64,000 bases of DNA, taken from Cephaloticoccus sp. (GTDB lineage Bacteria; Verrucomicrobiota; Verrucomicrobiia; Opitutales; Opitutaceae). The position numbers were made by a program, and so were the translations under genes. Location of the stretch: assembly GCA_034669935.1 (NCBI GenBank), contig JAXMOJ010000016.1:4588-68587 (forward strand). The letters are read 5' to 3'. Positions 1 to 7,161 of this stretch are shown here, piece after piece. How positions within the stretch are numbered: position 1 is the first letter of the stretch; each line of letters opens with the position of its first letter. The notes under the pieces are model-generated. The model was not told the origin of the DNA and did no database searches. It saw only the letters and a list, made by a program, of their open reading frames with translations.

Positions 1-1127
1 GCAACGCGCTCAAATTTTCCCCAGCCGATACCTCGGTGCGTGTGAACATGTATGTGAGGGCTGATGCGGATGGAGAGGGGCAGGTGGAGGTAGCCGTTTC
101 CGATCAGGGGCCGGGAATGGATGAGGCGACACGAGCGCGGGTCTTCGAGCGATTTTATCAGGGCGATGCGGGATTGGCCCGGGGCCATGAAGGGATGGGG
201 ATAGGTATGGCGATTGCGCGGGAGATGGTGGAACTACATGGCGGGGCGCTGACGGTGGAGAGTGAGCCGGGGATGGGGAGCACGTTTACGTTTACCCTGC
301 CGCTCGGTTGCGAACATCTCGATCCGGACGATATCGATACGTCGAATGTTCCCGAAGCACGTCCTTTCACGGTCGGTGCGACACCTTCTTTTGCTGACGC
401 AGTCCAAAAACCGGATGGTCATACTGATGGCACGCGACCTTCTTTGCTCCTCGTGGAGGACAATCTTGATATGCGGACTTACCTCCGAATGCATCTCGAC
501 CTTCACTACGATGTCCGCGAGGCGGAGAATGGGGTGTTGGCTCTGGCAGCCTTGGAGGAGTCGGTTCCGGATATTATTATTTCGGATGTGATGATGCCGC
601 AGATGAACGGACTGGAGCTGTGCCAGCAATTGCGGGCTGATGAACGGTGGAAGAAAATTCCCTTTATCATGCTTTCAGCGAAGGCGGCGGTGGATCAGCG
701 GGTGGAGGGATTGCAGGCGGGAGCCGACGATTATATAGCCAAACCATTTTCCGTGCCTGAGCTGTTGGAGCGATTGAAGGCTAGGTTGCCGGCACCGAAA
801 CTGCCGCCGGCGACTGGGGAACAGGCTTGGTTGGAGCGGTTGGATACCTGTCTCAAGGCGCATTACTCGGAATCGAGTTTCGATGTCGAACAATTGGCGA
901 AAGAACTGGGCTACAGCAGCCGCCAGCTTCGGCGTCGTGTGCTGGAGAGTTACGGGCTCTCGCCAACGGCGCTGTTGCTTAAGCACCGTTTGCAAACGGC
1001 GCACGACATGATTGGAGAACGGCGTTACGGAACGGTGGCGGAGGTGGCGAGCGCCGTGGGACTGTCGCCGACGTATTTTTCCCGCCGATACCGGCAGGCT
1101 TACCGATGTGAAGTGATCAAGCTGTAG
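1..1127 (+). CDS. Hybrid two-component protein, 5'-truncated by the window edge: histidine-kinase ATPase core + REC receiver + AraC-type HTH (HTCS-like)
   Basis: The frame is open from nt 3 (NALKFSPADTS = N-box). G-boxes DQGPGMD and GMGIGMAI..GMGSTFTF. Receiver: LLLVEDN...ISDVMMPQMNG...LSAK...ADDYIAKPF. C-terminal AraC HTH: LAKELGYSSRQLRRR...GLSPTYFSRRYRQAY. Confidence 0.85.
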   Translation, partial: NALKFSPADTSVRVNMYVRADADGEGQVEVAVSDQGPGMDEATRARVFERFYQGDAGLARGHEGMGIGMAIAREMVELHGGALTVESEPGMGSTFTFTLPLGCEHLDPDDIDTSNVPEARPFTVGATPSFADAVQKPDGHTDGTRPSLLLVEDNLDMRTYLRMHLDLHYDVREAENGVLALAALEESVPDIIISDVMMPQMNGLELCQQLRADERWKKIPFIMLSAKAAVDQRVEGLQAGADDYIAKPFSVPELLERLKARLPAPKLPPATGEQAWLERLDTCLKAHYSESSFDVEQLAKELGYSSRQLRRRVLESYGLSPTALLLKHRLQTAHDMIGERRYGTVAEVASAVGLSPTYFSRRYRQAYRCEVIKL

Positions 1128-1251
1128 CGTGGAACCAGAGAGATGCGCCTGAGAAAGTAAGGTGGGGCTCTGCCCTCCTCTACTATTCGTGGTGTGAAGC
1201 TACTTCATGATGTGCGCTTGAGATTCTGTGCAGGTGTGTCTCCTTGTTCGC

Positions 1252-2055
1252 ATGTCTGCATCGACACCAGTGAATCCTCAGGAGGCCGGACTCGAAGTAA
1301 AAACCTACTTCGTGCGCAATCGTAATGCGCTGCTCGCGCGGGCTAATTTCAGTGATCTGTTTGTCGATTACTACCTGCATCTTTCTGATCACGAGCTGAA
1401 GCCGAAGCCGGAGCACGACGGAATGTTTAAGCGCGCACTGGCGGGATTCACCCTGCATTGCGCGTCGCAACCGCGTAATATGATGACGGCGTGGACGATG
1501 AATTTTCAGCAACCACTCGTGAATTTCCTTTTGGCAGGGGATAATAAATTCGGCTCGGTGACGGGGCGCATTTTTACGGAAAACGTGCGGCAGATGCCGG
1601 AGGGTTTATTGTCGGCTGATGTGATTCGGGGTAAGGGTGAGATGCGGCGCAGTGCAGTGAATATCACCGGTGGTGATCCGTTGGCGGCGGCGGAGATGTT
1701 TTATGCCCAGAGCGAGCAGCGTGCGGCGCGGTATTTCGAAACGGCCGAAGAAACTTACGCAATGATTACGGAGCATCCGGATTGCGATTTGGAATGGCTG
1801 CGCGGATTGACGGCGGAGGATGTCGTCAAACTCGACGACACCGAGACGCTCACTCTGATGGAAACTCGGGTGGAGCGTTGGCATTGCGGCTGTAATCAGG
1901 AGCGCATGCTGCAAGTGCTTTTACCTAGCATGCAGCAGGATGCGGACGCGTTGTTTGCCGGAGATCCGAAGATTGAAATTCGGTGCCCGCGCTGTGCGAG
2001 CCGTCATGTGGTCACACGCGAAGCCATGGAAGCTTACGCGGAGGCAAATGTATGA
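1252..2055 (+). CDS. hslO: Hsp33-family redox-regulated chaperone
   Basis: C-terminal zinc centre WHCGCNQERM...IRCPRCASRH (CxC...CxxC) parallels E. coli Hsp33 KCTCSRERC...HCDYCGNHY. The first ATG is at 1252; the track start at 1228 is GTG. Confidence 0.8.
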   Translation: MSASTPVNPQEAGLEVKTYFVRNRNALLARANFSDLFVDYYLHLSDHELKPKPEHDGMFKRALAGFTLHCASQPRNMMTAWTMNFQQPLVNFLLAGDNKFGSVTGRIFTENVRQMPEGLLSADVIRGKGEMRRSAVNITGGDPLAAAEMFYAQSEQRAARYFETAEETYAMITEHPDCDLEWLRGLTAEDVVKLDDTETLTLMETRVERWHCGCNQERMLQVLLPSMQQDADALFAGDPKIEIRCPRCASRHVVTREAMEAYAEANV

Positions 2056-2705
2056 TGGATTATCTTCAAAGGATCCTCGAGATGCTGCAACCGGTGCTCG
2101 ATGTATGGTTCCAGATTTGGGGCGCGATCATTGGCGCGTCGTGGCAAGAACAGCTCGCCACAATTCTCGGCTTGGTCGGGGTGGGGCTGACGATTCGCCA
2201 GAGTATTTGGAATTTTCCGATTGGTCTGGTGCAGGTGGTGTTGTCGGGATTCGTTTTTTACCACGCCAAACTTTATGCCGATATGAAGCTGCAGGGCTTC
2301 TTCTTCATCGTGCTGGCTTACGGTTGGTGGCACTGGTCGAAGCCGGGAGAGAATCGCACGACATTACCGGTGACGAAACTGAGTCTGGAGGCTCGGATCG
2401 CGTGTCTCGCTGCGGGATTTGCAGGCACGTTTTGTTGGGGTTGGTATTTGCAACATAACACCGACGCGGCGATGCCGTATCGCGATGCGTTTATTGCCTC
2501 GTTCAGTATTTTGGCGCAGTGGCTGCAAGCACGTAAGAAGTTGGAAAACTGGATAGGCTGGGTGGCGGTGAACGTGGCTGGAATCGTGGTCTATTGGATG
2601 TCGGGTTTGTATTGGTTTTCCGTGCTCTACGCGCTCTTCCTTGTGCTAGCGATCGGGGGGTATTATGAATGGCGTAAATCCTACCGCGAGTCGTCTCATG
2701 GTTAA
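2052..2705 (+). CDS. pnuC: Nicotinamide riboside transporter PnuC
   Basis: IWNFPIGLVQVVLSGFVFYHAKLYADMKLQGFFFIVLAYGWWHW is the PnuC signature region. Multiple TM helices. The ATG at 2052 overlaps the hslO stop (ATGA). The upstream part of track ORF 1983 overlaps hslO. Confidence 0.85.
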   Translation: MMDYLQRILEMLQPVLDVWFQIWGAIIGASWQEQLATILGLVGVGLTIRQSIWNFPIGLVQVVLSGFVFYHAKLYADMKLQGFFFIVLAYGWWHWSKPGENRTTLPVTKLSLEARIACLAAGFAGTFCWGWYLQHNTDAAMPYRDAFIASFSILAQWLQARKKLENWIGWVAVNVAGIVVYWMSGLYWFSVLYALFLVLAIGGYYEWRKSYRESSHG

Positions 2706-2744
2706 AATGAACGATACGTTTAGGGGGGGGAATAAGGTGGATGG

Positions 2745-2784
2745 GCACGTCCCTGTGCCCATCGTAGCGCGCACAGGGACGTGC
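2745..2784. repeat. Perfect 14-bp inverted repeat (hairpin) in the pnuC/NRK spacer
   Basis: GCACGTCCCTGTGC (2745-2758), a 12-nt loop, then GCACAGGGACGTGC (2771-2784). No U-tract follows. A G8 run lies at 2723-2730. Confidence 0.8.
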
Positions 2785-2807
2785 GCACCCACCACAAGGT
2801 TGTTAAG

Positions 2808-3347
2808 ATGATCAAGCGCATCGTAGTTACCGGTGCGGAATCAACGGGCAAGAGCACGCTCGCGGAATCGCTCGCGTTGCATTATGGAGAGCCCTGCGTG
2901 CCGGAATACGTGCGCGAGTTTTGGGATGAGCATGAGGGCCAGATTACGGCCGATGATCTGGGCACCATTGCCCGCGTGCAGATGGATACCGAAGATGCTG
3001 CGGCGAAACGCGCCAAGCGGCTAATGATCTGCGATACCGATTTGCTGACGAATGTGATCTGGGCCGATCTGCTCTATGGTGGCAAGTGTCCGGATTGGGT
3101 GCGCACCGAGGCGGACACGCGATGCCAGGGCTATGATCTCTATTTGTTATGCGATACGGATATCGCGTTTGAACCGGACCCGCAGCGGAGTTTCCCTGAT
3201 CCGGAAGGCCGTGAAATGTGCCGCCAAATGTGGCGTCAGGCATTGATCGCGCGTGATTTGCCATTTGTTGAATTGAAGGGGGATTTTAACGCGCGTGAGC
3301 AACGTGCGATCGACGCGGTGGAAAGGGTGCTTGAACTGACAGAGTAA
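2808..3347 (+). CDS. Stand-alone NadR-type ribosylnicotinamide kinase (P-loop ATPase)
   Basis: P-loop VVTGAESTGKSTLAESLA followed by VPEYVREFW, as in the NadR C-terminal kinase domain. Adjacent to pnuC. No HTH or NMNAT domain. ATG at 2808. Confidence 0.75.
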   Translation: MIKRIVVTGAESTGKSTLAESLALHYGEPCVPEYVREFWDEHEGQITADDLGTIARVQMDTEDAAAKRAKRLMICDTDLLTNVIWADLLYGGKCPDWVRTEADTRCQGYDLYLLCDTDIAFEPDPQRSFPDPEGREMCRQMWRQALIARDLPFVELKGDFNAREQRAIDAVERVLELTE

Positions 3348-3389
3348 AACGTTACGCGGGGTTGCATCAGGGCGATGTAGGCACCAAAT

Positions 3390-4670
3390 ATGAGGTTTAT
3401 GGAAAGCCTGATTACATGGATTCGAGAATTGCTCACCGGTTACGGTATCCCCGTGGGGGATGCTGCGGTGATGAGCACGATTAGTGGCATTCTCGTGGTG
3501 ATTTTTCTGGCTTGGCTGGGAAACTTCATCGCGAAACGGATCATCCTGAATGCGGTGCACCAAGTCGTGAAGTTAACGAAATCGGATTGGGATGATGCCT
3601 TTGTCGAATCGCGGGTTTTCACGCGACTTTCGCATCTGGTCCCGGCCATGGTGATTAATGCCTACGGTGATGATGTGCTCGGGAAAACCCCCGAGGTGTT
3701 GGCCGGAGTGAATTCGGCGGTAAATATCTACCTTGTCTTCATTTTGGTCAGTGTGTTTTTCGCCATTCTGGATGCAGTGCAGCTCATTTCTGAAAGAGGA
3801 AAGAACACTGCGGGGATGCCGATTAAGGGATTTTTCCAAGCGCTTAAATTGGTCGCGACGGTCCTCGGGCTAATCTTGGTGCTGGCTACGATTCTTAATA
3901 AATCGCCGATCTATTTGCTTTCAGGTCTGGGTGCGATCACCGCTGTTCTTCTCTTGGTCTTCCGCGATGCGATTCTGGGATTTGTCGCCGGGATCATGAT
4001 CTCGGTGAATAATATGGTGCGCGTGGGTGATTGGATCGAGATGTCCAAGGCCGGGGCCGATGGGGATGTGATCGATGTTTCTCTGACGACGGTGAAGGTG
4101 CAGAACTGGGATAAAACCATCACCACGATCCCAACGTATAATCTGATCTCAGATTCGTTTAGAAATTGGCGGGGTATGTCAGATTCAGGTGGACGTCGAA
4201 TCAAACGCTCGCTGTTTCTCGATGTGCAATCGATCCGCTTTGCCGACGAGGCATTGATCGAAAGTTGGGGACAGATTGATCTGCTGAAGGATTACCTCAC
4301 GAAGAAGCGCGATGAGATCAGGCAGGCGAATGAAGACCGTGGCACCGATCTTACGATTCTAGGCAACGGTCGCCGGATCACCAATGCCGGCACGTTTCGG
4401 GCTTATTGCGTGGCGTATTTGAAAGCGCATCCACAGATCCATCAGGATATGACGTTTCTGGTGCGTCAGCTCGCACCGACTGAAAGTGGTTTGCCGATAG
4501 AAATATATGTGTTCTCCAAGGACCAGGTGTGGGCGAATTATGAAGCGATCCAGGCTGATATTTTCGATCACATGATGGCGGTGATCGGAGAGTTCGATTT
4601 ACGCATTTTCCAGAAACCGTCCGGGCGGGATTTGCAGGGACTTTCGGGGTGCTGTTCGCAGACTGAGTGA
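3390..4670 (+). CDS. Mechanosensitive ion channel, MscS family
   Basis: N-terminal TM helices, then an MscS beta-domain motif: VRVGDWIEM..GADGDVIDVSLTTVKVQNWDKTITTIPTYNLISDSFRNW. Confidence 0.8.
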   Translation: MRFMESLITWIRELLTGYGIPVGDAAVMSTISGILVVIFLAWLGNFIAKRIILNAVHQVVKLTKSDWDDAFVESRVFTRLSHLVPAMVINAYGDDVLGKTPEVLAGVNSAVNIYLVFILVSVFFAILDAVQLISERGKNTAGMPIKGFFQALKLVATVLGLILVLATILNKSPIYLLSGLGAITAVLLLVFRDAILGFVAGIMISVNNMVRVGDWIEMSKAGADGDVIDVSLTTVKVQNWDKTITTIPTYNLISDSFRNWRGMSDSGGRRIKRSLFLDVQSIRFADEALIESWGQIDLLKDYLTKKRDEIRQANEDRGTDLTILGNGRRITNAGTFRAYCVAYLKAHPQIHQDMTFLVRQLAPTESGLPIEIYVFSKDQVWANYEAIQADIFDHMMAVIGEFDLRIFQKPSGRDLQGLSGCCSQTE

Positions 4671-4677
4671 TTCCACG

Positions 4678-5469
4678 ATGCTGAGTGACGATTTTCAGGA
4701 CCGCTTTGGTGGGGTCGGGCGACTGTTCGGAAATGCAGGTCTGAAACAATTGCAGGCGGCTCACGTCTGTGTGATTGGAGTCGGCGGGGTGGGGTCGTGG
4801 ACGGTCGAAGGGCTCGCGCGGAGTGGCATCGGTGCGATCACTTTGATTGATTTGGATGATGTCTGTGTGACAAATGTGAATCGTCAGTTGCCGGCGCTCG
4901 ATGGCGAGCTCGGTCGATCCAAAGTGGATGTGCTGGCCGATCGCGTGAAGCTGATCAATCCCGCCTGTCGCGTGACCAGAGTGGTGGAGTTTTTCACCAA
5001 GGCTTCGGCTGAGCGTATGTTGACTCCGGAATTCGATTACGTGGTGGATGCGATTGATGGTTTGTCGAACAAGGCGATGCTTTTAGCTGAATGTAAGCGA
5101 CTGCGACGGCGGGTGATTACCGTGGGTGGAGCAGGTGGGAAGCGCGACGCGACGGCGATCAGGTCGGGTGATCTCGGAGAATCATGCGGCGACGGATTGC
5201 TGAAATTGGTGCGCCGTAAGCTGCGCACCAATCATGGCTACGAAATCGGGACTCCGAGGGGAAAGATGCATTTCGATATTCGCTGCGTGTGGTCGAGCGA
5301 GAAACCAGTCTTCCCGTGGGCCGATGGCACCTGTCAAACCGATGCGGAACCGGGCAGTAATCTTACACTCGATTGCGAGAGTGGTTTCGGCACCGCCGTA
5401 TTCGTCACTGCTGCCTTCGGCTTCGCAGTTGCCGGTGATGTCGTGCGACAAATCACCGAAACAAAGTAA
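4678..5469 (+). CDS. tcdA: tRNA threonylcarbamoyladenosine dehydratase (ThiF/E1-like, TcdA/CsdL)
   Basis: RFGGVGRLFG...HVCVIGVGGVGSWTVEGLARSGIGAITLIDLDDVCVTNVNRQ is the typical TcdA N-terminus with a Rossmann GxGxxG. Confidence 0.85.
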   Translation: MLSDDFQDRFGGVGRLFGNAGLKQLQAAHVCVIGVGGVGSWTVEGLARSGIGAITLIDLDDVCVTNVNRQLPALDGELGRSKVDVLADRVKLINPACRVTRVVEFFTKASAERMLTPEFDYVVDAIDGLSNKAMLLAECKRLRRRVITVGGAGGKRDATAIRSGDLGESCGDGLLKLVRRKLRTNHGYEIGTPRGKMHFDIRCVWSSEKPVFPWADGTCQTDAEPGSNLTLDCESGFGTAVFVTAAFGFAVAGDVVRQITETK

Positions 5470-5485
5470 CCCATTGGGTTACTTT
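5463..5485. repeat. Palindromic element copy 1 (GTAACC-N5-GGTTAC core)
   Basis: AAAGTAACCCA-T-TGGGTTACTTT, 11+1+11 perfect palindrome. Contains the tcdA stop codon. Confidence 0.85.
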
Positions 5486-5530
5486 TAGCGATGCGGTAAC
5501 CCCTTTTAAAATAGTGCTTTAACCACAGAG

Positions 5531-5549
5531 TGTAACCTAATGGGTTACA
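5531..5549. repeat. Palindromic element copy 2 (GTAACC-N5-GGTTAC core)
   Basis: TGTAACC-TAATG-GGTTACA. Contains the tatD stop codon (minus strand, 5545-5547). Confidence 0.8.
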
Positions 5550-6483
5550 CTTTTGTGGGGATGAAAAGGGTCTGGAAATTTTGGGCGACTTGAAGGGTCA
5601 GCGCATCGAGAGGTTGAGCGAGAAAGTCAGCTAGGCCTTCGTAAATACCACCGATATTGGCGGGGTGGTTAAGGGGGCTGCCGTCAGGAGATTCAGATAG
5701 ATTATGACGATTCCAATCGTTGCGCATTGGCATCGAGGGGGCATCGGTTTCGATCAACAAACGATCCATGGGCACTGACTTGAACGTCTCGCGTTGGTTG
5801 GTGCGCTTGGGATCGAGGTAGGAACCGTTGAAGGAAAAGTATGCGCCGAGATCAGCGAAGGCTTTTACCATTTCAATCGGTCCGGAGTAGGCGTGGAGGA
5901 GAAAGCCTTGCTTGGGAAGTTTGGCGGTCAGTAAGGCTTCAAACAACGCACCCCACGCATCGATGCAATGAATCGAGGCGGCGCGACCTTGGTCCGCGGC
6001 GAGATTGAGCTGCCAAAGAAATACTTCGAGTTGTTCGTCGAGAGGAGCGCGACGGAGTCCGGCGAGTCGAGGATCGTCGGGCTTGGCTCGGTTGAGCATC
6101 CAGCGATCGAGTCCGATCTCTCCCACCTTCGCCAAGGCTACGGTGGGCAGGCCCACTTTAGATTCGGATTGGAGTGATTGGAGTGATCGGAGTTGATCTG
6201 ATTGTGCGAAGGTGTTGCGAAGTTGATCCTGCCAATCGGCGGGACGATTGCCGCAGTCCCAGGGATGTATACCGTAGCTGGGCACCACCCACGAATGGCG
6301 TGATGCGAGGGCGGAAACCTTGGGCCAGTCTTCCGGCGAGGTGCCATTGACGACGGCCCCGGCGATCCCCTCGGCGGACAGGTCGGCGACGATCTGATCC
6401 AGATGCGGCGCGAGCGATTCGCTCTGCAGGTGATTATGCGCGTCGTAGAGTGGGGTCACGCTCTGAGATTGCCCACGTAACAC
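5545..6483 (-). CDS. TatD-family metal-dependent hydrolase
   Basis: YDAHNHLQ near the N-terminus, EIGLD, SIHC, LLHAYSG, SFNG and IETDAP motifs. The track start at 6558 is GTG and would translate through palindrome copy 3, so I prefer the GTG at 6483. The start is uncertain. Confidence 0.75.
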   Translation of the reverse strand: MLRGQSQSVTPLYDAHNHLQSESLAPHLDQIVADLSAEGIAGAVVNGTSPEDWPKVSALASRHSWVVPSYGIHPWDCGNRPADWQDQLRNTFAQSDQLRSLQSLQSESKVGLPTVALAKVGEIGLDRWMLNRAKPDDPRLAGLRRAPLDEQLEVFLWQLNLAADQGRAASIHCIDAWGALFEALLTAKLPKQGFLLHAYSGPIEMVKAFADLGAYFSFNGSYLDPKRTNQRETFKSVPMDRLLIETDAPSMPMRNDWNRHNLSESPDGSPLNHPANIGGIYEGLADFLAQPLDALTLQVAQNFQTLFIPTKV

Positions 6484-6509
6484 CCAGAAGACACGGATGA
6501 AATTTCTGA

Positions 6510-6540
6510 CCAAAGAGTAACCTATTAGGTTACTCTTTGG
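6510..6540. repeat. Palindromic element copy 3 (GTAACC-N5-GGTTAC core)
   Basis: CCAAAGAGTAACCTA-T-TAGGTTACTCTTTGG, 15+1+15 perfect palindrome. Confidence 0.85.
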
Positions 6541-6593
6541 TGCTCTGGTATCCGCCACCTTCGTCGAATCAACGGGGTAATTACCGAATCCAA

Positions 6594-6612
6594 AGTAACC
6601 TATTAGGTTACT
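6594..6612. repeat. Palindromic element copy 4 (GTAACC-N5-GGTTAC core)
   Basis: AGTAACCTA-T-TAGGTTACT, a perfect palindrome. A related GGTAATTACC palindrome lies at 6576-6585. Confidence 0.85.
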
Positions 6613-6662
6613 ATTGCGTGGGGTGTGGATTGGCGTAGGGCGGGGCGACTCGTGAGGGCAGG

Positions 6663-7067
6663 TTATGTGTTGGCTTCCGCGAATTTGCGGATGGCGGTGC
6701 GGACGGCGGCGAGACCGTTTTGTCTGGTAGGGGAAAGGTTTTGGAGGAGACGGAGTTCGGCGAGGGGGTTGGTGTCGTTTGACACGATTTCAGCAGGGGT
6801 GGCGTTGCTGAAATAGTCGCAGAGCAGGGTGACGAGTCCTTTCACGAGTGGGCCGTCGGCATCGCAGCGGAAATGGCAGCGGCCGTCGCGTAGTTCGCTG
6901 AAGAGCCACACTTGAGAAACGCAACCGGGCACGCGATTAGCGTCGGTGCGTTCCGAGTCATCGAGTGCGGGATGACACTTGGCACGATCAACGACGATGG
7001 TGAGGCGCTCTTGCGGATCTTCGATGATGTTGAGATCATCGAGGAAGGCTTGTTGTTGATCGGTCAT
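6663..7067 (-). CDS. sufE: SufE/CsdE-family sulfur acceptor protein
   Basis: RVPGCVSQVWLF (active-site Cys loop), ADGPLVKGLVTLL and LSPTRQNGLAAV are all typical of SufE/CsdE. Confidence 0.85.
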   Translation of the reverse strand: MTDQQQAFLDDLNIIEDPQERLTIVVDRAKCHPALDDSERTDANRVPGCVSQVWLFSELRDGRCHFRCDADGPLVKGLVTLLCDYFSNATPAEIVSNDTNPLAELRLLQNLSPTRQNGLAAVRTAIRKFAEANT

Positions 7068-7080
7068 GTTCGGAAGGAAT

Positions 7081-7117
7081 CGTTAAGGGGAGGTCTGGGG
7101 ATAACCACCCCTACCTG
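7081..7117 (-). repeat. Intergenic motif copy A (CGTTAAGGG-N9-GGATAACCACCCCTACCTG on the + strand)
   Basis: The 19-nt core 7099-7117 is identical to 11103-11121, and CGTTAAGGG is shared 9 nt upstream. It lies 14 nt upstream (minus sense) of the sufE ATG. A partial extra GCCCTACCT lies at 7148-7156. Confidence 0.75.
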
Positions 7118-7161
7118 GAAAATCGAAGGTGAGAGAGCGGAATCCCCGCCCTACCTCAGAG

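Noticed and set aside
1983-2051. N-terminal extensions of track ORFs: pnuC from 1983, TonB-like from 15428, TPR from 11664, rpsL from 29639, pdxJ from 57018, rplA from 19294, rplF from 40161, exbB from 14509, M48 from 11068.
   Set aside because: The track reports the longest ORFs, including GTG/TTG starts. These extensions overlap the upstream gene or add non-homologous residues. Internal ATGs give the canonical N-termini, several with AGGAG-type sites upstream.
5463-6616. The palindrome-flanked tatD as an autonomous mobile element
   Set aside because: There is no transposase, integrase or recombinase, no target-site duplication I could identify, and the flanking repeats are palindromes rather than terminal inverted repeats of a longer element. 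It is kept only as a possible ancient insertion or REP-like context (see findings).
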